A stretch of 64,000 nt of DNA from contig ML996689.1 in assembly GCA_010356995.1 (NCBI GenBank), positions 1,630,691-1,694,690 on the forward strand, in the 5' to 3' direction. Positions 49,301-63,600 of this stretch are shown here, one piece after another. This DNA is from Trichodelitschia bisporula (lineage: Eukaryota). Below the pieces are notes generated by a model. The model did no database searches, had not been told where the DNA came from, and saw nothing but the letters and a program-made list of their open reading frames with translations. Both the position numbers and the translations under genes were made by a program. The first letter of the stretch is position 1, and the number at the start of each line of letters is the position of its first letter.

Positions 49301-49481
49301 TGCTTATTTTGAGCGAGTTGGAGGAGAAGCGGGCGAAGGATAAGGTGAGCATCCTGGTGATACGGCAGTGGATATTGGCTAATCATCGCAGAAACGGCTC
49401 AAGGAACTGGGCGAGGAGGTCTCGGATGGGGAAGACGAGGACGAGGATGAGGAAGAAGAGGAAGAGGCCGATGTGGAATGA
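46364..49481 (+). CDS. USO1: ER-Golgi tether Uso1/p115 (5 exons)
   Basis: ATLLEDRRAAIFGLRSFAKEYP, LQKLIAFENAFERIF, NASNQSLFRESG, coiled coil, ELDDLLLILSELEEKR and acidic tail. Confidence 0.93.
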
Positions 49482-49762
49482 GTCCAATAGCAGGATGTTA
49501 ACTTCAGCGCACTACATCATCTGCCCACATGCACGAGCAAGGAGTTGTCAAGCACAATTTTCGGCTGCATTACCTGACCATTTCCCATAACCGTACATGC
49601 ATTTAGAACCTGGAATCAAGCACATAACCTTTCCCGACGCCAGATATCCCATAAGTTGCCATTTTACTTCCCACCCAAGCACCCCAGCAGGCCTAGCTTT
49701 CCTCCAACACCATCTTTCCATAGTGAAAACAGTCTGAAGGGCCCAACAATTCAGTCTGAGCA

Positions 49763-51658
49763 CTAATCCGAGCTCTGGCCACCGTTCCGGTGGCCGTCAT
49801 TGTCCGTCGTACCATAAGTGGCCTGGCGCTTCTTCGAGCGGCCCGTGATGTCCTGCCAGGTGGCGTTGAAGCGGCGGCCGGTGGTCGCAAGCAGGCCCTC
49901 TTCTTCCTCTTCTTCCAGGTCCGCGTCCAGCTGATCGATGTCGAGACGGGGCGTGCGGAAGAGGGTCGTAATGAAGACGGTGAGGTAGACCCCTGTAAAC
50001 GTCCGTTAGTAACACGATACTTGCAATGAAGGAGAGGGTTCACGTACCGAGGAAGGCAAACTGCGCCCAAAACGCGACAACCCCAAAGAAGGGGAAGTTG
50101 ACCGTGATGCGGTTGATGAAGGTGCTAACCACACTGGGCGTGCACACGTCCTTCGCGACCGGATTTTCCGCCAGTTCGGTGCAGTACTTGATCGCGGCGC
50201 GGTTCTGGCTGCAATCGGGTTGCTCGCCGGGGTGCTTAGCGGGCAGATCGCAGTACTTCTGGGAGCCCCAGGTGGTGTACTGCGGGGCGACCATCATGGC
50301 GATAGAATAGTTCATTGCAAGTACGATGAGGGTTAGGAGAACGGTTGCCAAGAGGAGAGCCTGCGGGCTGGTGTGTCCCTTGCGGATGCGGAAGATGGTG
50401 ACCCACAGGAAGCGGATGCCGACGGTGGCGATGCCCACAACTGAAGCCGAGAAGAAGAACGCTGTTAGGAGCAGGAAGATGACGTAGTCGATGGGAAACA
50501 CCCGCGACGACACGACGAAGATCCAGTTGATTGGCTGGAAGATGTTGATATGCCCAAGGATGTAACCACAGTTGTGCTTGCAGACCGAGTTACGAGCCTT
50601 GTCAATGCCGGTGATCAACATCGAGGTCCAGATGATAAGCGCAATGATCATCAGCAAGAAGCCCCCGATGAGCTTGAGGGGTCGGAACACAGCTTCGATT
50701 TTGTGCCACGCGCGGATCAGCCAGGTACGGCCCTCGCCCCCAGCTTCGGCAGCAAGGCGCTGGCGGCGGACAAGCGTGCGTTCTTCGCGCACCAGAGCCT
50801 CGAGCTCGCGCCGATCACGAGAATCCATGTGGTCACGGCCTTCGGCGCGGCCTTCAAGCTGCCGCTGGCGCTCACGGTTCTGCTCGAGCTGCGAAGATGT
50901 ATCCTCGGCGAGGCGAGGCACAGAGATGGCGGGCGCAGACTTGATCATAGCTACCGGGAGAAGTGCTAGGCCCGAAGCAGTGTAGATGACGTATAGGAAC
51001 GTTCCGACGACAACCAGGAGTCCCAGTGAGAAGGTCAAGGCACGTTCGCCATCTAGCATGGGGTCAGTAGAATGCCCATTGTGTAATGAGCAGACTCACG
51101 GTTCTCCGACAGCAGCTTCTTAAAGTAGTCCAAGTCCATGTGCTTGCCATTGCGCATACCCTTCCCGAATGGAATGAAGAATCCAACCAGGAAGAGTGTG
51201 AGAACAATCGCGATAAACGCGGTGGTGTACTTGAATGCACCCCACAGCCGGGAGCCAACAGTTTGTGTGCCGTCCTCTTCCGCGATAGGGTCATATTCCT
51301 CATACCAGAAATACGTGAACGGGACCACGAGGAGACACAGGACCGCGTCCAGCGAGTAGAGCGTGTAGTAGACAATCTTCAAAGTAAACAGAATGCTTTC
51401 CACCTGATCCGGTGTAGCCCAGTCCTTCTTACGGCCATCCTTGGAACGGGTCGTTGACGAAACAAGGGCGACATCAACAGGCACGAGGAGGACGGTCGCA
51501 AGAAGCGCGCCGATGGTGAAGATCGAGACGACGGTAACGGAAATAGCGCGGTCGCGAGGAGCTTGGTAGATGAAGACAAAGATCGTTGCAATGGCAAGGA
51601 GAAGCGCGATCGCAACGGCGTAGGTCACCCATATCAGGCTGGTCTGGATGAGCGCCAT
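49763..51658 (-). CDS. LMBR1-family membrane protein (LMBRD1-like 'probable lysosomal cobalamin transporter'), 3 exons
   Basis: Many TM segments; [60 protein letters not shown]. Confidence 0.88.
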
Positions 51659-52095
51659 GGTGGGTGGCTCGCGGAGCTTCACGCGTCGCGCGACGTGTTT
51701 TGAGGGTTCGATGGGGGGGGGGTGGACGATGAACAGAGAGGACTCTCACAAATGCGAGAGGGAGGTGTGGAAATGCGCACCAAACACTGCGAATTCAACG
51801 AACACAATCAGTATGTTTGTTGGCGGTGCACAGCTATGGTGGCGGAGCAGGTTTGAGGAGCGAAGCGGCATGACGTTGATATGCTTGGCAAATTGGGGAA
51901 GCGCGGCGCTAATTTACCACGTGCCTAGCCTCCTTGCGCGTGAACGATTACCCGTTCTAGAACCGACTGGTTGCAATTCGGGAACTGGCCTAGGCCCTTT
52001 TCATCAGCTCATAACACGTAACTCATGCCGTCCAGTATCCAATGGTATTCCGTACACTGCTCCATCAATATCCAGAAGCCGCCATCTCCTCTATC

Positions 52096-55000
52096 CTATA
52101 TATACCTTCCATGCTTCCCGTGGCCGCTTGGCCTCCCACTAGTTCTACCCCCTTCCCTAAGTCCCGCACTGTTGAGCCTCTCTCGGGGCTCAGTACTCAC
52201 TTCTTCACTATCCTCATATCCTTCTTCTTCCCAGTCCTCCGTCTCCTCGTCATATTCTCTTTCCCCGTGGTGATAGTCCTCAGGAGTATGAGGCGGGCTC
52301 GCCGCCCGCCTTGGTCCAGTCACTCTATCGAGAAATGACTTGACAATGCTTTTCCTCCTGCCCTGCCCACCGAAGAAACTCCCTCTCTTCTGCGGAGCGC
52401 CTGGTTCATCCACATAATCAGGCTCGTAATCGCCTTCGTCATCTCCCACAGCGCGGTCATCAACCACCTCGCGACTGTCTCTGGGCCCGTGCTCATCCCT
52501 CACCGGATGGTCGTCTCTCGCTCCAGCCACCACCTGCTCCTCCTCCTCATGACTCTCCTCGTCTGATTCTCTTGCACCATCCAGATGCACCATGCTCTCG
52601 CGGAACTCAAGCGCCGGAACAAGCAGCCTGTACTCCGTCGTGGTGCCCGCCGGCTCACCTTTCACATTCTCCACATTGAGCCGGATATCCAAGCCACCAC
52701 GCAAATCCACTGGTCGCGCGAACTCGCCCAGCCCCGTCGGACGCCGCAAGAACTGCCCCGGACGTGGTAGCGGCCCAGAAGAGGCACCCTCAACAGTAGC
52801 CTGCGAGTCACGCGGGTGTTGTGCAAGTTGTGCGGCAGCACCAGGCGCACGGATTATGTCGGCAGACTGGCGGGGCATTCCCGGTTGTGGAGGCGTGGGC
52901 TGAGCGGCCTGCGGAATGGCTCGGCTGGATGATGAGTCGTTGTGTGGGGAGTAGTAGCCGTCTTCGCCCTCCTCGCCCGGGTAGCTTTGGTATGAGGCCA
53001 CTTGCGCGGAGTGTCGGCGTTTGCTCAGACGCCTTAGCAAACCTCCGGCGCGGGCTGTAGCGCCACCTAGCGACATGGTGCGCTGAAGTTGGGGGGCCGA
53101 TTCGGCATGATGGGGCGGTGTCGGAGGAGGGGTTAGCGCGGGTGCGTATGTACGAATTGAGCACCAGTTGCGGCGGGGCAAGAGACGGCGGTTGTTGCGA
53201 GGCTTGTCGTTGACGTCTGCTGTGAAGAGCGGGATCATGTCCTCATCCGTCAGGCGGTTGAGGTGATGCACCTTGTTGCGGCGGTTAAGAACGTCAGCAA
53301 CCATATCGGCGGGCGGAGTGTTGACGATGGCTGACGAAATGACGTTAGGCATGTATCTGTGGTCATGGTCCTTGGGGACGTTCAGCTGCTTTTTGCTGTA
53401 GAACTGGCCGATGCCACAGAGATGGACGTCGCCGCCGAGAATAGTGATGCGGACAGACTTTTCAGCTGCCAGCGTCTGCAGTTCCTCGATGAACCAATTG
53501 CGCTCATCCTTGTGATGGCGTGCTGTCCAGTGGTCGTCGAGGTCGTCGAGGATCTCAACTCCGCCATCAAATTTGTTAACAAAACCGCCTAGCACACCTG
53601 TACGGCCGATGGCCTTGACCGGATCCATGATACGGGATGTGAGCACATTTTCGAGGAAGTTGAGGCGAGGGTAAGCAATTGGCTATCCTATTAGCTTGTG
53701 TCCAACTGACCGAAGATCTGCTTACCACTCCAGTCATGACAATGAGGTGCTTCGTCTCGCCCTTGACAAGTTCCCGCCTGCATCGATCGAACACACGATC
53801 CCACGTGTCCTGCGCCATTATTTCGGTCCGCTGTGGCATGTTAGAAGTGTCCCCACAAGGGAAAGGTCCGGCATACCGTTCGCTCCGTCCTGCAGTCCAA
53901 ACCCAGAAATGCGACAGATTTCCCCAAAAACATGAATACGCTCCGGCTTAGATACTCGATATACGGTCCCGGATGCGCCCCAAGCAGCCACGACGGCTCT
54001 ACCTTTTCGTCCTCGATTGGGAGTGCTTGATGCTGGAACAGCATGTAGTACTTGAAGGCTACATTTCCGAGCCCGCTGAACACCGGGCTGGCCATTGTGT
54101 GGTGCGGATAGGACCCGAACCCATCGATGATGTCGTGGTCGTCCCAGATGTTCACCATCGGAATTTGCGAATTGGCCATTCCAAAGAGGCCCTGCGAGAA
54201 CCACATGGAGTAACGATCCAGGTAGAAGCGCTCGAGCTCGTCTTCCATCTCCTCGGTGAACGGTGCCTTGTGTTTGTGCGACGGATTACGCATCCTACTC
54301 CACTCTCCAAAGTGTTCGGTCTGGATAGAGACTGCGTCATTGTAGATCTGGTCACCACCCCCCAGCATGACATGGAACGGCCTCGTCTGGTGAGTATTGA
54401 GCACGTCGCGCCAGAGCGGATCCGGGCCGGAAAACTCGTTCGGGTTGACGGACAAGCTGAAGCCATTGCAGCTGTAGAACATGATGTTCATCGCCTCCCC
54501 ACGTCCAGGAACCCAAAATCCAATAGCATGGCCATGGTTGATGCGGTAGGCGATCCGTGTCTGCTTGTCTCCCAGCTCGATATCCAGATCCCAACGCCAA
54601 AACGTCGCACCGCGCTCGGCATACAGCTTTGTGGCGGGCATTTCGACGAAGCGGCCACGCCTCTCATTGTCCTTGGCGGCGCCGGGGCCTGTCGTGGGTG
54701 ACGGAAGGGGGGTACTCCGGGCTTCTTCAAACAGTCCGTTGTCATTCTCCACGCGCGATATATCCGTGCCCTCTGCCAGGTTCTCCACTGGCCGAACATA
54801 GAGAGTTTTGCCCACACGGGACACCTTGACCTGGCCGGCTATGGGGTCTACATACTCGGGCGGGAGTTGCTGACCCCCCGGCAACTCTGCCGGAGGTGGC
54901 GGATGCAGCTCAATGGGCTGCTTGAACACTCGGAGGGTCGGTGGCTTTTCGTACGAACTGCGACTGTCGGTGGTGACAATCATAATGGTCCCGGTCCAAA

Positions 55001-56255
55001 ATTCGCGCTCCGGTCTCGATCCACGCGTGGAGCTTGACGTGGGCTGCTTATCTTTGCGGATGCCGGTAAATCGCAATAGCGGGCCGCACTTCAGGAATAA
55101 CGGCGGCTGAAAGTAGGTCTGTCCGACGGCATTCTCATAGCTGCCATCGAATGCCGCCGGGTCCGGGACTCGGGCAGTTGTGGAGCTCCGTCGCCGCGTC
55201 GCAGTGCTCTTCTCCCACCAGGCTGCTCCTTTGTCGAGCGTCGTATCTTCCAATCCCACTTTTGCGATATGGATCTTCTTCGTATAATCGTCGAATTCAC
55301 GGTGCTGAAACCGACGCGCCCCGTCCCGGTGGTGAAGCAAACCAGCCGAAAAACGGGCTCGGCGTCCGGCACTCGGTCCATGATGGGCCTCTTCGTGATG
55401 TAGATGCTCTGTGTCGGATGGAAGATGCGACTCGCTCAAATCTCGCGAGGCCACTGGCTCATTGGCCGCTGCGGGCTGGACCTTGGGTGGTACCGAGGGA
55501 CCCGACGGCCCCAGATCGGACGGCTTGACATACGGCTTCCAATCGGGACCTGGAGGCACGAAAGCGTCTTTCGGCACCGGTGCGGTCGCGTACGCGCCGC
55601 CCGACACTGCACGCGACACCTTACGCAATGGAGCATCGTCCGGCACAACACGGGACGGATGTCGGTTGCTGGACGTCCTACCTGGTTGTGAGGCGACGGG
55701 CGGAGCATAAGCATTTTGCCCAGGTATACTTCGCGCCGGTGCCCCATTCTGTGTACGCGAGCTTGTGCTTGTGCTTCCATGCCTGGCAACACCCGTCGAT
55801 GTTCCCGAAGACCCCGACGCAAGCGCTGCAGCCCTGGCAGCTCGCGCCTCGCGCCTGGCACGGTCTGCTCGATCGGCTAGGTCTGCATCGGGCCAGCGGT
55901 AACTCTCGTCGACGGGACTCGAAGGGGTGTCTGCGGCGGCCTTCTGCGCGGCTCGAAGACGAGCGGCTTGCCGGTCCCGCGCGCGGAGTTCGGCCTCTTG
56001 CACCCGAGCGCGCTTCTCCTCCTTACTGATGCTGTCCAGCGTAACCTCGAGCTTTTGAAGAGGGGAGCGTTCCGGCGCGTAGTCTTCTTTGGCGGAGTCG
56101 TAATGGTGCTTCGGGACTGGAGAGGTTGGTGCTTGCGTTTGCGGCTGGGGTAGTGGTTGCGGTTGCGGTTCTGGTTGCGTTTGCGCCTGGAGTTGCGACT
56201 GTGGGTGCGCCTGTGGTTGCGCTTGCGCTCGAGGACGGCGCGCGGATGTGTTCAT
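52096..56255 (-). CDS. PhoD-like metallophosphatase-domain protein with long disordered termini (3 exons)
   Basis: FYSCNGFS, HVMLGGGDQIYND, IWDDHDIIDGFGSY, LDCRTER, DDLDDHW, ILGGDVH. Confidence 0.85.
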
Positions 56256-57669
56256 GGTCTTGAGAGTACAAAGATATGCTGAACACTATTGAGATGTGGG
56301 GGAGCAACAAGGAAGGGCCCAGCAGCTGTGCTATACTTTAATGCGGTGGCTGGAGGTCTCGGAGGGCAGTTTGCTGCGCTGGAGGGATGAGCGGTGGGAA
56401 AAGCTCGTCCGAGCTTAGCAGCAGCACATAACCCCCGGTAAAGGCCTAACAAAAGTGGGAAATGCTGGGGAAGTGGGTTTATAAACTATGGTTCGCAGAA
56501 AAGCTAGCTATCTCGCAGCAAAGACGCAGCAAAAGCTCTGGTGGAGCAGCGGACCCGCCGCGGATGTCATGCTGGCTTAAAAGTAGCGCAGCATGGCGCC
56601 GGATGGGAGCATCAGCCGCTTTGCCAGCACCAGCATTCGCCAGCCACTTGGTTTTTCGTGTGCCCACCTGGGATTTGGGTGAGCGCCAGTTGGCAGGCGG
56701 GCAAAAGCGGACATGCTGGTGGGGGGAGGCGCTCAACATGATAATTGCAGGCGGATCAGAGGCGTCCTCTGCGTGAAGCTGACGGGACTCGTTTACAAAA
56801 GTTCGTTGTAGTCTTGACTTGTACATCCGTAGAACTAGTTCCGCTGGCCATTCAAACAGTGGGGAACATACGGTAGGGAAAACCGGGGAAGTGTACCGCG
56901 TGCTAGAAGATACGTGCCAGTTGTGATCTTCAGACTGGCCAATGTGGAGAAAAGGGTACGGGCACAATACAATATGAGGCGTCAATGGGGCATTCAAGAG
57001 CCACACGTCAGGCAGAAATATCATGCACCGCCGCATCTCGGACCGATCCTTGTGGCGTACGAACGCGGAACCCCGAGGCCGATAGTCCGGAACCAACCAG
57101 TTCTTCTTAGCCCTTGTCAATTCCCGGGTGGCTCGTCCCTTCTCCCCCCTGGTCTAGACTGAAGCGCCCGGTCCCCAGTTAAGCTCCAACGAAACCAACA
57201 AGGGCGGAGAGGCCACTCTTCGAACATTCCGACAGACCAACAACTTGTACAACTCCCCCGCATCATCTTTTTCTCTGTAGACACTCTTCATCCTTCCGTA
57301 CTGTGTGCCCTTTCATACCTTCGGCAAACCCTCAGTTGCTGGCCGGTCCGACCCAAGACGATTGGCCGCTGCTCCTTTTACATGCGCGGCTTGCCTCCAT
57401 CTCACCACCTCCTCAGGGTGTAGGCTTCCGCCACCCAGGCCGGATAGAAGCCAACGTAGCCTGTTCACGTACCACTTGACGTCGAAGCATACTGCGGGAT
57501 ACCGTTGAAGCGTACCGCGGTACGGATATCGTCACAGCGCTGCAAACTGAATGGGAGGCGCATCGTCTGGTATACTTCTGCGAGACTCCGGCATTACGTA
57601 GCCATGAGCTAATTCAGCGCGCGCAGATTGAAGCCTTCTCTTCTCGTTCCCCTTTCATCCCCAGCTGCC

Positions 57670-60153
57670 ATGCGTAAAGCTTTCTTATGGGCGCTGCTCT
57701 GGGCAGGCGCATGCTCTGTCTGCTCAGGTGCAAAGTCGTCGCGTCCGCGGAACTACGAGACACATGACTACTACGCCCTGCATCTCGACTCGTCCACGTC
57801 ACCCCAGGAGATAGCGGACTACCTCAACCTAGAACATGATGGGCAAGTAGGCGACCTGCCCGACCATCACATCTTCAAAGCGCCCAAGCACGCCGAAGAC
57901 ATCGTCCAGGATGCGATCCAGGACTTGAAACGCCGGCGGAGGCGGAAGCGGGATCTGGAGCCACATGTGCTGGATTCCATCAAGTACGACCAGAAGCAGG
58001 TCTTGAGGAAGAGATTGGTGAAAAGGAGCGTGATACCGCACTTGGAAGAGAGGGCAAGATCGGGAGTTGAAGCCAAGGAGGAGCGTGCAGCGGTCGCAAA
58101 GGAGCTGTCGATCGCCGATCCCATCTTCGACGAGCAGTGGCACATCTACAACACTCAAGAAGTCGGGAATGACCTTAACGTCACTGGTGTCTGGCTGCAA
58201 GGCATTACCGGTCATAATGCCACTGTCTGCATTATCGACGACGGTCTGGACATGGACAGTCTGGATCTTAAACCCAACTACTTCGCCGCTGGCTCCTATG
58301 ACTTTAACGATCAGGTCAAGGAGCCCAAGCCACGCTTGTCGGACGATTTGCACGGCACTCGCTGTGCTGGCGAAGTGGCCGCCGCGCGAAACAACGTCTG
58401 CGGCATAGGCGTCGCCTACGATGCCAAGGTGTCAGGGGTGCGCATCCTCTCCAAACCCATCTCCGATATCGACGAGGCCGAATCTGTCATCTATGGCTAC
58501 CAGGATAACGACATCTACTCGTGCTCGTGGGGCCCGCCTGACGATGGCCAAACTATGGAGGCGCCTGGCATCCTCATCCGCCGCGCTATGGTCAAGGCTG
58601 TCCAGGCCGGTCGCGCCGGCAAGGGTACCATCTACGTCTTTGCGGCTGGGAACGGTGCCTTGAACGATGACAACTGCAATTTTGACGGATACACCAACAG
58701 CATTTACAGCATCACCGTGGGCGCCGTCGACAGAATGGACCGTCACCCGTATTACTCGGAGAAGTGTTCTGCACAGCTCGTTGTCACATACAGCTCTGGA
58801 AACACTGACGCTATCCACACAACCGATGTTGGCGTCAACAAGTGCACTAAGACTCACGGTGGCACCTCCGCCGCCGGTCCACTCGCCGCGGGTGTCTATG
58901 CTCTCGTACTGTCTATCCGCCCGGATCTGACTTGGCGCGACATGCAGTGGCTGAACGTCATGACTGCTGTGCCAATCTACGTCGACGGGACGGAATGGCA
59001 AACCACCGCACTGGGCAAGAACTACTCACATCAGTACGGCTACGGCAAGCTTGATGCCTACGCGATTGTCGAAGCGGCAAAAACTTGGAAGAACGTCAAA
59101 CCTCAGGCGTGGTACTTTGCGCCCTGGATTCACGTCAAGGCCCCGGTCCCTCAGGGCGACAAGGGACTGGCCAGCATCTTTGAGATCACAGAGCAAATGC
59201 TGACAGACGCAAACCTGGAGCGCATCGAGCATGTTACTGTCACGATGAACGTTGAGCATACACGTCGTGGAGATCTCAGCGTCGAGCTGCGCAGCCCGAG
59301 CGGCGTTGTCAGCCACCTCTCCACTTCACGCAAGACCGACGAAGCTCATGTTGGCTATGTCGACTGGACCTTCATGTCGGTAGTACACTGGGGCGACTCT
59401 GGCGTGGGCAAGTGGACCGTTGTCGTCAAAGATACGATTGAAAACGAGCACACCGGCACTTTCATTGATTGGAAGCTCAAACTTTTTGGAGAGGCTCGTG
59501 ACGAGAAGGTGGCCAAGCTCCTGCCGCTCCCGGGCGAGCATGACGACGATGATCACGATACCAGCACAACTGCGGCTGTTAGCATCACTTCAGTTGAGGT
59601 CCCACAGCAGACCGGCCCTGTACCTGACGTTTCTGCCATTCCGACTAGACCTGCCATTGCGAAGCCGAGTGGTACTGCAGCGGTTACCGCACCTTTCGAT
59701 ACTCCTATTGCCGCAAAGCCAACCGCTTCTGCTGCACCCGACGATAGCTTCCTGCCTAGCCCCTTCCCGACCTTTGGTCTGTCGAAGCGGACGCAGGTGT
59801 GGATGTACGGCGCTTTAGCGTTGATCCTCGCCTTTTGTGCTGGCGTTGGTACCTATCTCTATGTGCAGCGTCGGAAACGGTTGCGGAATGCAGGCAGGGA
59901 GGGGTACGAATTTGAGATGCTGGATGAGCAGGACGATGAAGAGGTGGCGCTCGTTGAGGGCAAGCGCAGCGGGGGTGCCGCGAAACCTAGCCGCCAGAGG
60001 AGAGCAGGGGAGCTGTATGATGCCTTTGCTGGGGAGAGTGACGAGGAAGAGCTTTTCTTCAGCGATGGCGAGGGAAGCGAGGACCGGAGGTACAGGGACG
60101 AAGACGAAGGCGAGGAAAGCGATGCGAATGAAAAGGCTGGGTCGCCACGGTAG
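57670..60153 (+). CDS. KEX2: Kexin (Kex2) dibasic pro-protein convertase, single exon
   Basis: Signal peptide and propeptide; catalytic IIDDGLD, HGTRCAGE, HGGTSAAGP; P-domain; Ser/Thr region; TM segment; acidic tail with YEF and LYDAF. Confidence 0.97.
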   Translation: MRKAFLWALLWAGACSVCSGAKSSRPRNYETHDYYALHLDSSTSPQEIADYLNLEHDGQVGDLPDHHIFKAPKHAEDIVQDAIQDLKRRRRRKRDLEPHVLDSIKYDQKQVLRKRLVKRSVIPHLEERARSGVEAKEERAAVAKELSIADPIFDEQWHIYNTQEVGNDLNVTGVWLQGITGHNATVCIIDDGLDMDSLDLKPNYFAAGSYDFNDQVKEPKPRLSDDLHGTRCAGEVAAARNNVCGIGVAYDAKVSGVRILSKPISDIDEAESVIYGYQDNDIYSCSWGPPDDGQTMEAPGILIRRAMVKAVQAGRAGKGTIYVFAAGNGALNDDNCNFDGYTNSIYSITVGAVDRMDRHPYYSEKCSAQLVVTYSSGNTDAIHTTDVGVNKCTKTHGGTSAAGPLAAGVYALVLSIRPDLTWRDMQWLNVMTAVPIYVDGTEWQTTALGKNYSHQYGYGKLDAYAIVEAAKTWKNVKPQAWYFAPWIHVKAPVPQGDKGLASIFEITEQMLTDANLERIEHVTVTMNVEHTRRGDLSVELRSPSGVVSHLSTSRKTDEAHVGYVDWTFMSVVHWGDSGVGKWTVVVKDTIENEHTGTFIDWKLKLFGEARDEKVAKLLPLPGEHDDDDHDTSTTAAVSITSVEVPQQTGPVPDVSAIPTRPAIAKPSGTAAVTAPFDTPIAAKPTASAAPDDSFLPSPFPTFGLSKRTQVWMYGALALILAFCAGVGTYLYVQRRKRLRNAGREGYEFEMLDEQDDEEVALVEGKRSGGAAKPSRQRRAGELYDAFAGESDEEELFFSDGEGSEDRRYRDEDEGEESDANEKAGSPR

Positions 60154-60621
60154 ACAGATACGAAGTCATTCAGCCGGCGTTCGGCTGGGGACAGACTTGC
60201 TCTTGGGTACTTAATTTTGCCCCAAGAGATACGGGATAATCGGCATTGCGGCTCACTGGCGCGGAGCATTGTATGTATATTTCTTTTTTTTCGGCTATGG
60301 GGCGGGCGGTTAGATCGGTCATTCATGGGCTCCAGTGTTCAGACATGCATGGTGCATACATTTATCCCGCTTCTCTGAACCTCGAAATGGTGTGAAACGC
60401 TGTTTAGCATTTGAGAGTCTCGAGTCGATTTGGAGTCGATTCGGCTGGGCGCCTCAGGCATACATGACTCACTGCACACCGCCCGGCAATATAAGGGACC
60501 CACCTGTCGGCAAGACTCGTCATCGCCGGCGTGACAGAGACAACCGATTCAGAGCACCGCCAAAGGAAGTCAAGAAGTATAGCACAGTCAAGACTGCCGC
60601 GGGTGCGCGAGATCCGCAATC

Positions 60622-63600
60622 ATGTCTATCGACTTTCCGCGCGAAGAAGAACGCATCCTTGCACAGTGGAAAGAAATCGACGCCTTCCGCCGCCAGGTCG
60701 AGCTCTCGCAAGGCCGCAAACCGTATGTCTTTTACGATGGGCCACCGTTTGCCACCGGCCTCCCCCACTATGGCCATCTGCTCGCATCGACTATCAAGGA
60801 CATCATCCCGAGGTACTGGTCCATGAAAGGTCGGTACGTGGAGCGTAGGTTCGGCTGGGACACCCACGGTGTGCCGATTGAGCACGAAATTGACAAGAAG
60901 CTCGGTATCTCGGGCAAAGATGCCGTTATGGAGATGGGCATTGCGAAGTACAATGCCGAGTGCAGGGCCATTGTCATGAGGTTTGCCGGCGAGTGGCGGA
61001 CGACCATCGATCGCCTCGGGCGGTGGGTGGACTTTGATAACGACTACAAGGTGCGTCCTCACTCTGCCTTTGTATTCTCAGGTCTAAATTCAGTAGACCA
61101 TGAACTCTACCTTCATGGAGTCCGAGTGGTGGGTTTTCAAGCAGCTCTGGGACAAGAACGTGGTGTACCGTGGATACCGCGTCATGCCCTACTCCACCGC
61201 ACTGTGCACTCCCTTGAGCAACTTTGAATCGCAGCAAAACTACAAGGACGTGCAGGACCCGGCCGTCGTGGTCTCATTTCCGCTGCTGGATGATCCCCAG
61301 ACTAACCTCCTGGCTTGGACGACCACCCCTTGGACGTTGCCGTCGCATACCGGGTTGGCCGTGCACCCCGACTTCGAGTACATCAAGCTTCATGATGAAG
61401 CCTCTGGCAAAAAATACATTCTCATGGAAGCCCTCCTGAAGACGCTGTACAAGGACCCCAAAAAGGCCAAGTATAAGATCCTGGAGAAGTATAAGGGCAA
61501 GGACATGCTCGGCTGGAAGTATGAGCCCCTCTTTGATTACTTCTACGAGGAGTTCAAGGATGTGGGCTTCCGCGTACTGAATGCTACATATGTTACCTCG
61601 GACAGCGGTGTGGGCATCGTTCACCAGGCCCCTGCCTTTGGTGAAGAGGATTACAAAGTGGCCGTTGATGCCGGCATTGTCACTAGCGAACGTCTGCCAC
61701 CAAACCCGGTTGATGAGAAGGGTTGCTTCACGGCCGAAGTACGCGACTTTGTTGGACAGCACGTCAAGGCTGCCGACAAGGGCATTATCAAGCTGCTGAA
61801 GGGGAAGGGCCGCATTGTCGTCGACAGCCAGATTACGCATAGCTACCCGCTTTGCCCGCGCTCCGACACTCCGCTTATCTACCGCGCCGTCTCATCCTGG
61901 TTTGTGAAGATCCCGGAAATCATCCCGGAGCTGCTGGAGAACATCGAAGGGTCGCACTGGGTGCCGGACTTTGTCAAGAAGGGCCGCTTTGCGAGCTGGA
62001 TCAGCAATGCGCGTGACTGGAACGTCTCCCGCAACCGGTACTGGGGCACGCCGATCCCGCTATGGGCGAACGAGGACTTTTCCGAGATTGTCTGCGTTGG
62101 GAGCGTAGAGGAGCTCAAGGAATTGAGCGGATACAAGGGCGACCTTACGGACCTCCATCGTGACGTGGTGGACGACATCACCATCCCGAGCAAGACCGGC
62201 AAGGGTGTGCTGCGACGCATCGAAGAGGTGTTTGACTGTTGGTTTGAGTCTGGCAGCATGCCATATGCGTCAGTTCACTATCCGTTCGAGAACAAGGAGA
62301 GCTTTGAGAAGGCGTTCCCCGGAGACTTTATCGCCGAGGGCCTGGACCAGACTCGCGGCTGGTTCTACACGCTGGCGGTTCTGGGCACGCATCTTTTCGG
62401 TAAGCTGCCTTTCAAGAACTGCGTGGTAAACGGCATTGTCCTTGCGGAGGATGGCAAGAAGATGTCCAAGCGGTTGAAGAACTACCCGGATCCTATGCTC
62501 GTTATGGACCAGTACGGTTCCGATGCGCTGCGGCTGTACATGATTAACTCACCTGTCGTGCGCGCCGAGCCTCTCCGGTTCAAGGAAGCCGGTGTCAAGG
62601 AGATTGTCGGCAAGGTCCTGCTCCCGCTGTGGAACAGCTACAACTTCTTCGAGCAGCAAACGGCCCTGCTGAAGAAGGTGGCGGACGTAGATTTCATCTT
62701 CGACCCGACGTTGGAGAAGACGAACACCAACGTCATGGACCGCTGGATCCTCGCCAGCTGCCAGTCGCTTCTGCAGTTTGTCAACACAGAGATGGAAGGC
62801 TACCGGCTGTACACGGTGGTACCGCGGCTGCTGTCACTCATCGACAACACGACCAACTGGTACATCCGCTTCAACCGGCAGCGCCTTAAGGGCGAATTCG
62901 GTATCGAGGACACCAAGCACGCGCTCAATACTCTTTTTGAGGTGCTGTACACACTGTGCCGTGGCCTTGCTCCCTTCACCCCTTTCATCACCGACAACAT
63001 CTACCAGCGTCTGCTGCCGTACATCCCCAAGGAGCTGCAAGCTGAGGATCCCCGGAGCGTACACTTCTTGCCCTTCCCCGAGGTGCGTGCCGAGCTGTTC
63101 GACGAGGCCATCGAGCGCCGCGTGGGCCGCATGCAGGCCGTCATTGAGCTCGGGCGCGTGTGCCGCGAGCGTCGCGCCATCGGGCTCAAGACGCCGCTTA
63201 AGGAGCTCGTCGTCATCCACCCGGATCAGCAGTACCTGGATGACGTCAAGAGCCTGGAGGCGGAGATCTGCAACGAGCTCAACGTGCACAGTCTCCTGCT
63301 CACAGCTGACGAGGAGACGTACGGCGTGCAGTACTCGTTCACTGTCGACTGGGCCGTGCTGGGCAAGAAGCTGAAGAAGGACGCGGTGCGGGTCAAGAAG
63401 GCGCTGCCGGGGGTCAAGAGCGAGGAGGTCAAGGCGTTCTTGGAGTCGGGCAAAATCACGGTCGATGGCATTGCGCTTAGCAAGGAGGACCTGGTGGTGC
63501 AGCGCGGGCTCCAGGAGAGCGCGGCGAGCAAGGACCAGGAGTTCAACACGGACAATGACGTACTCATCGTGTTGGATGTGAAGTCGTACCCGGAGCTGGC

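Noticed and set aside
57670..60153. Functional clustering of KEX2 with the secreted repeat protein
   Set aside because: They are 31 kb apart with unrelated housekeeping genes between them, and KEX2 is a general enzyme.
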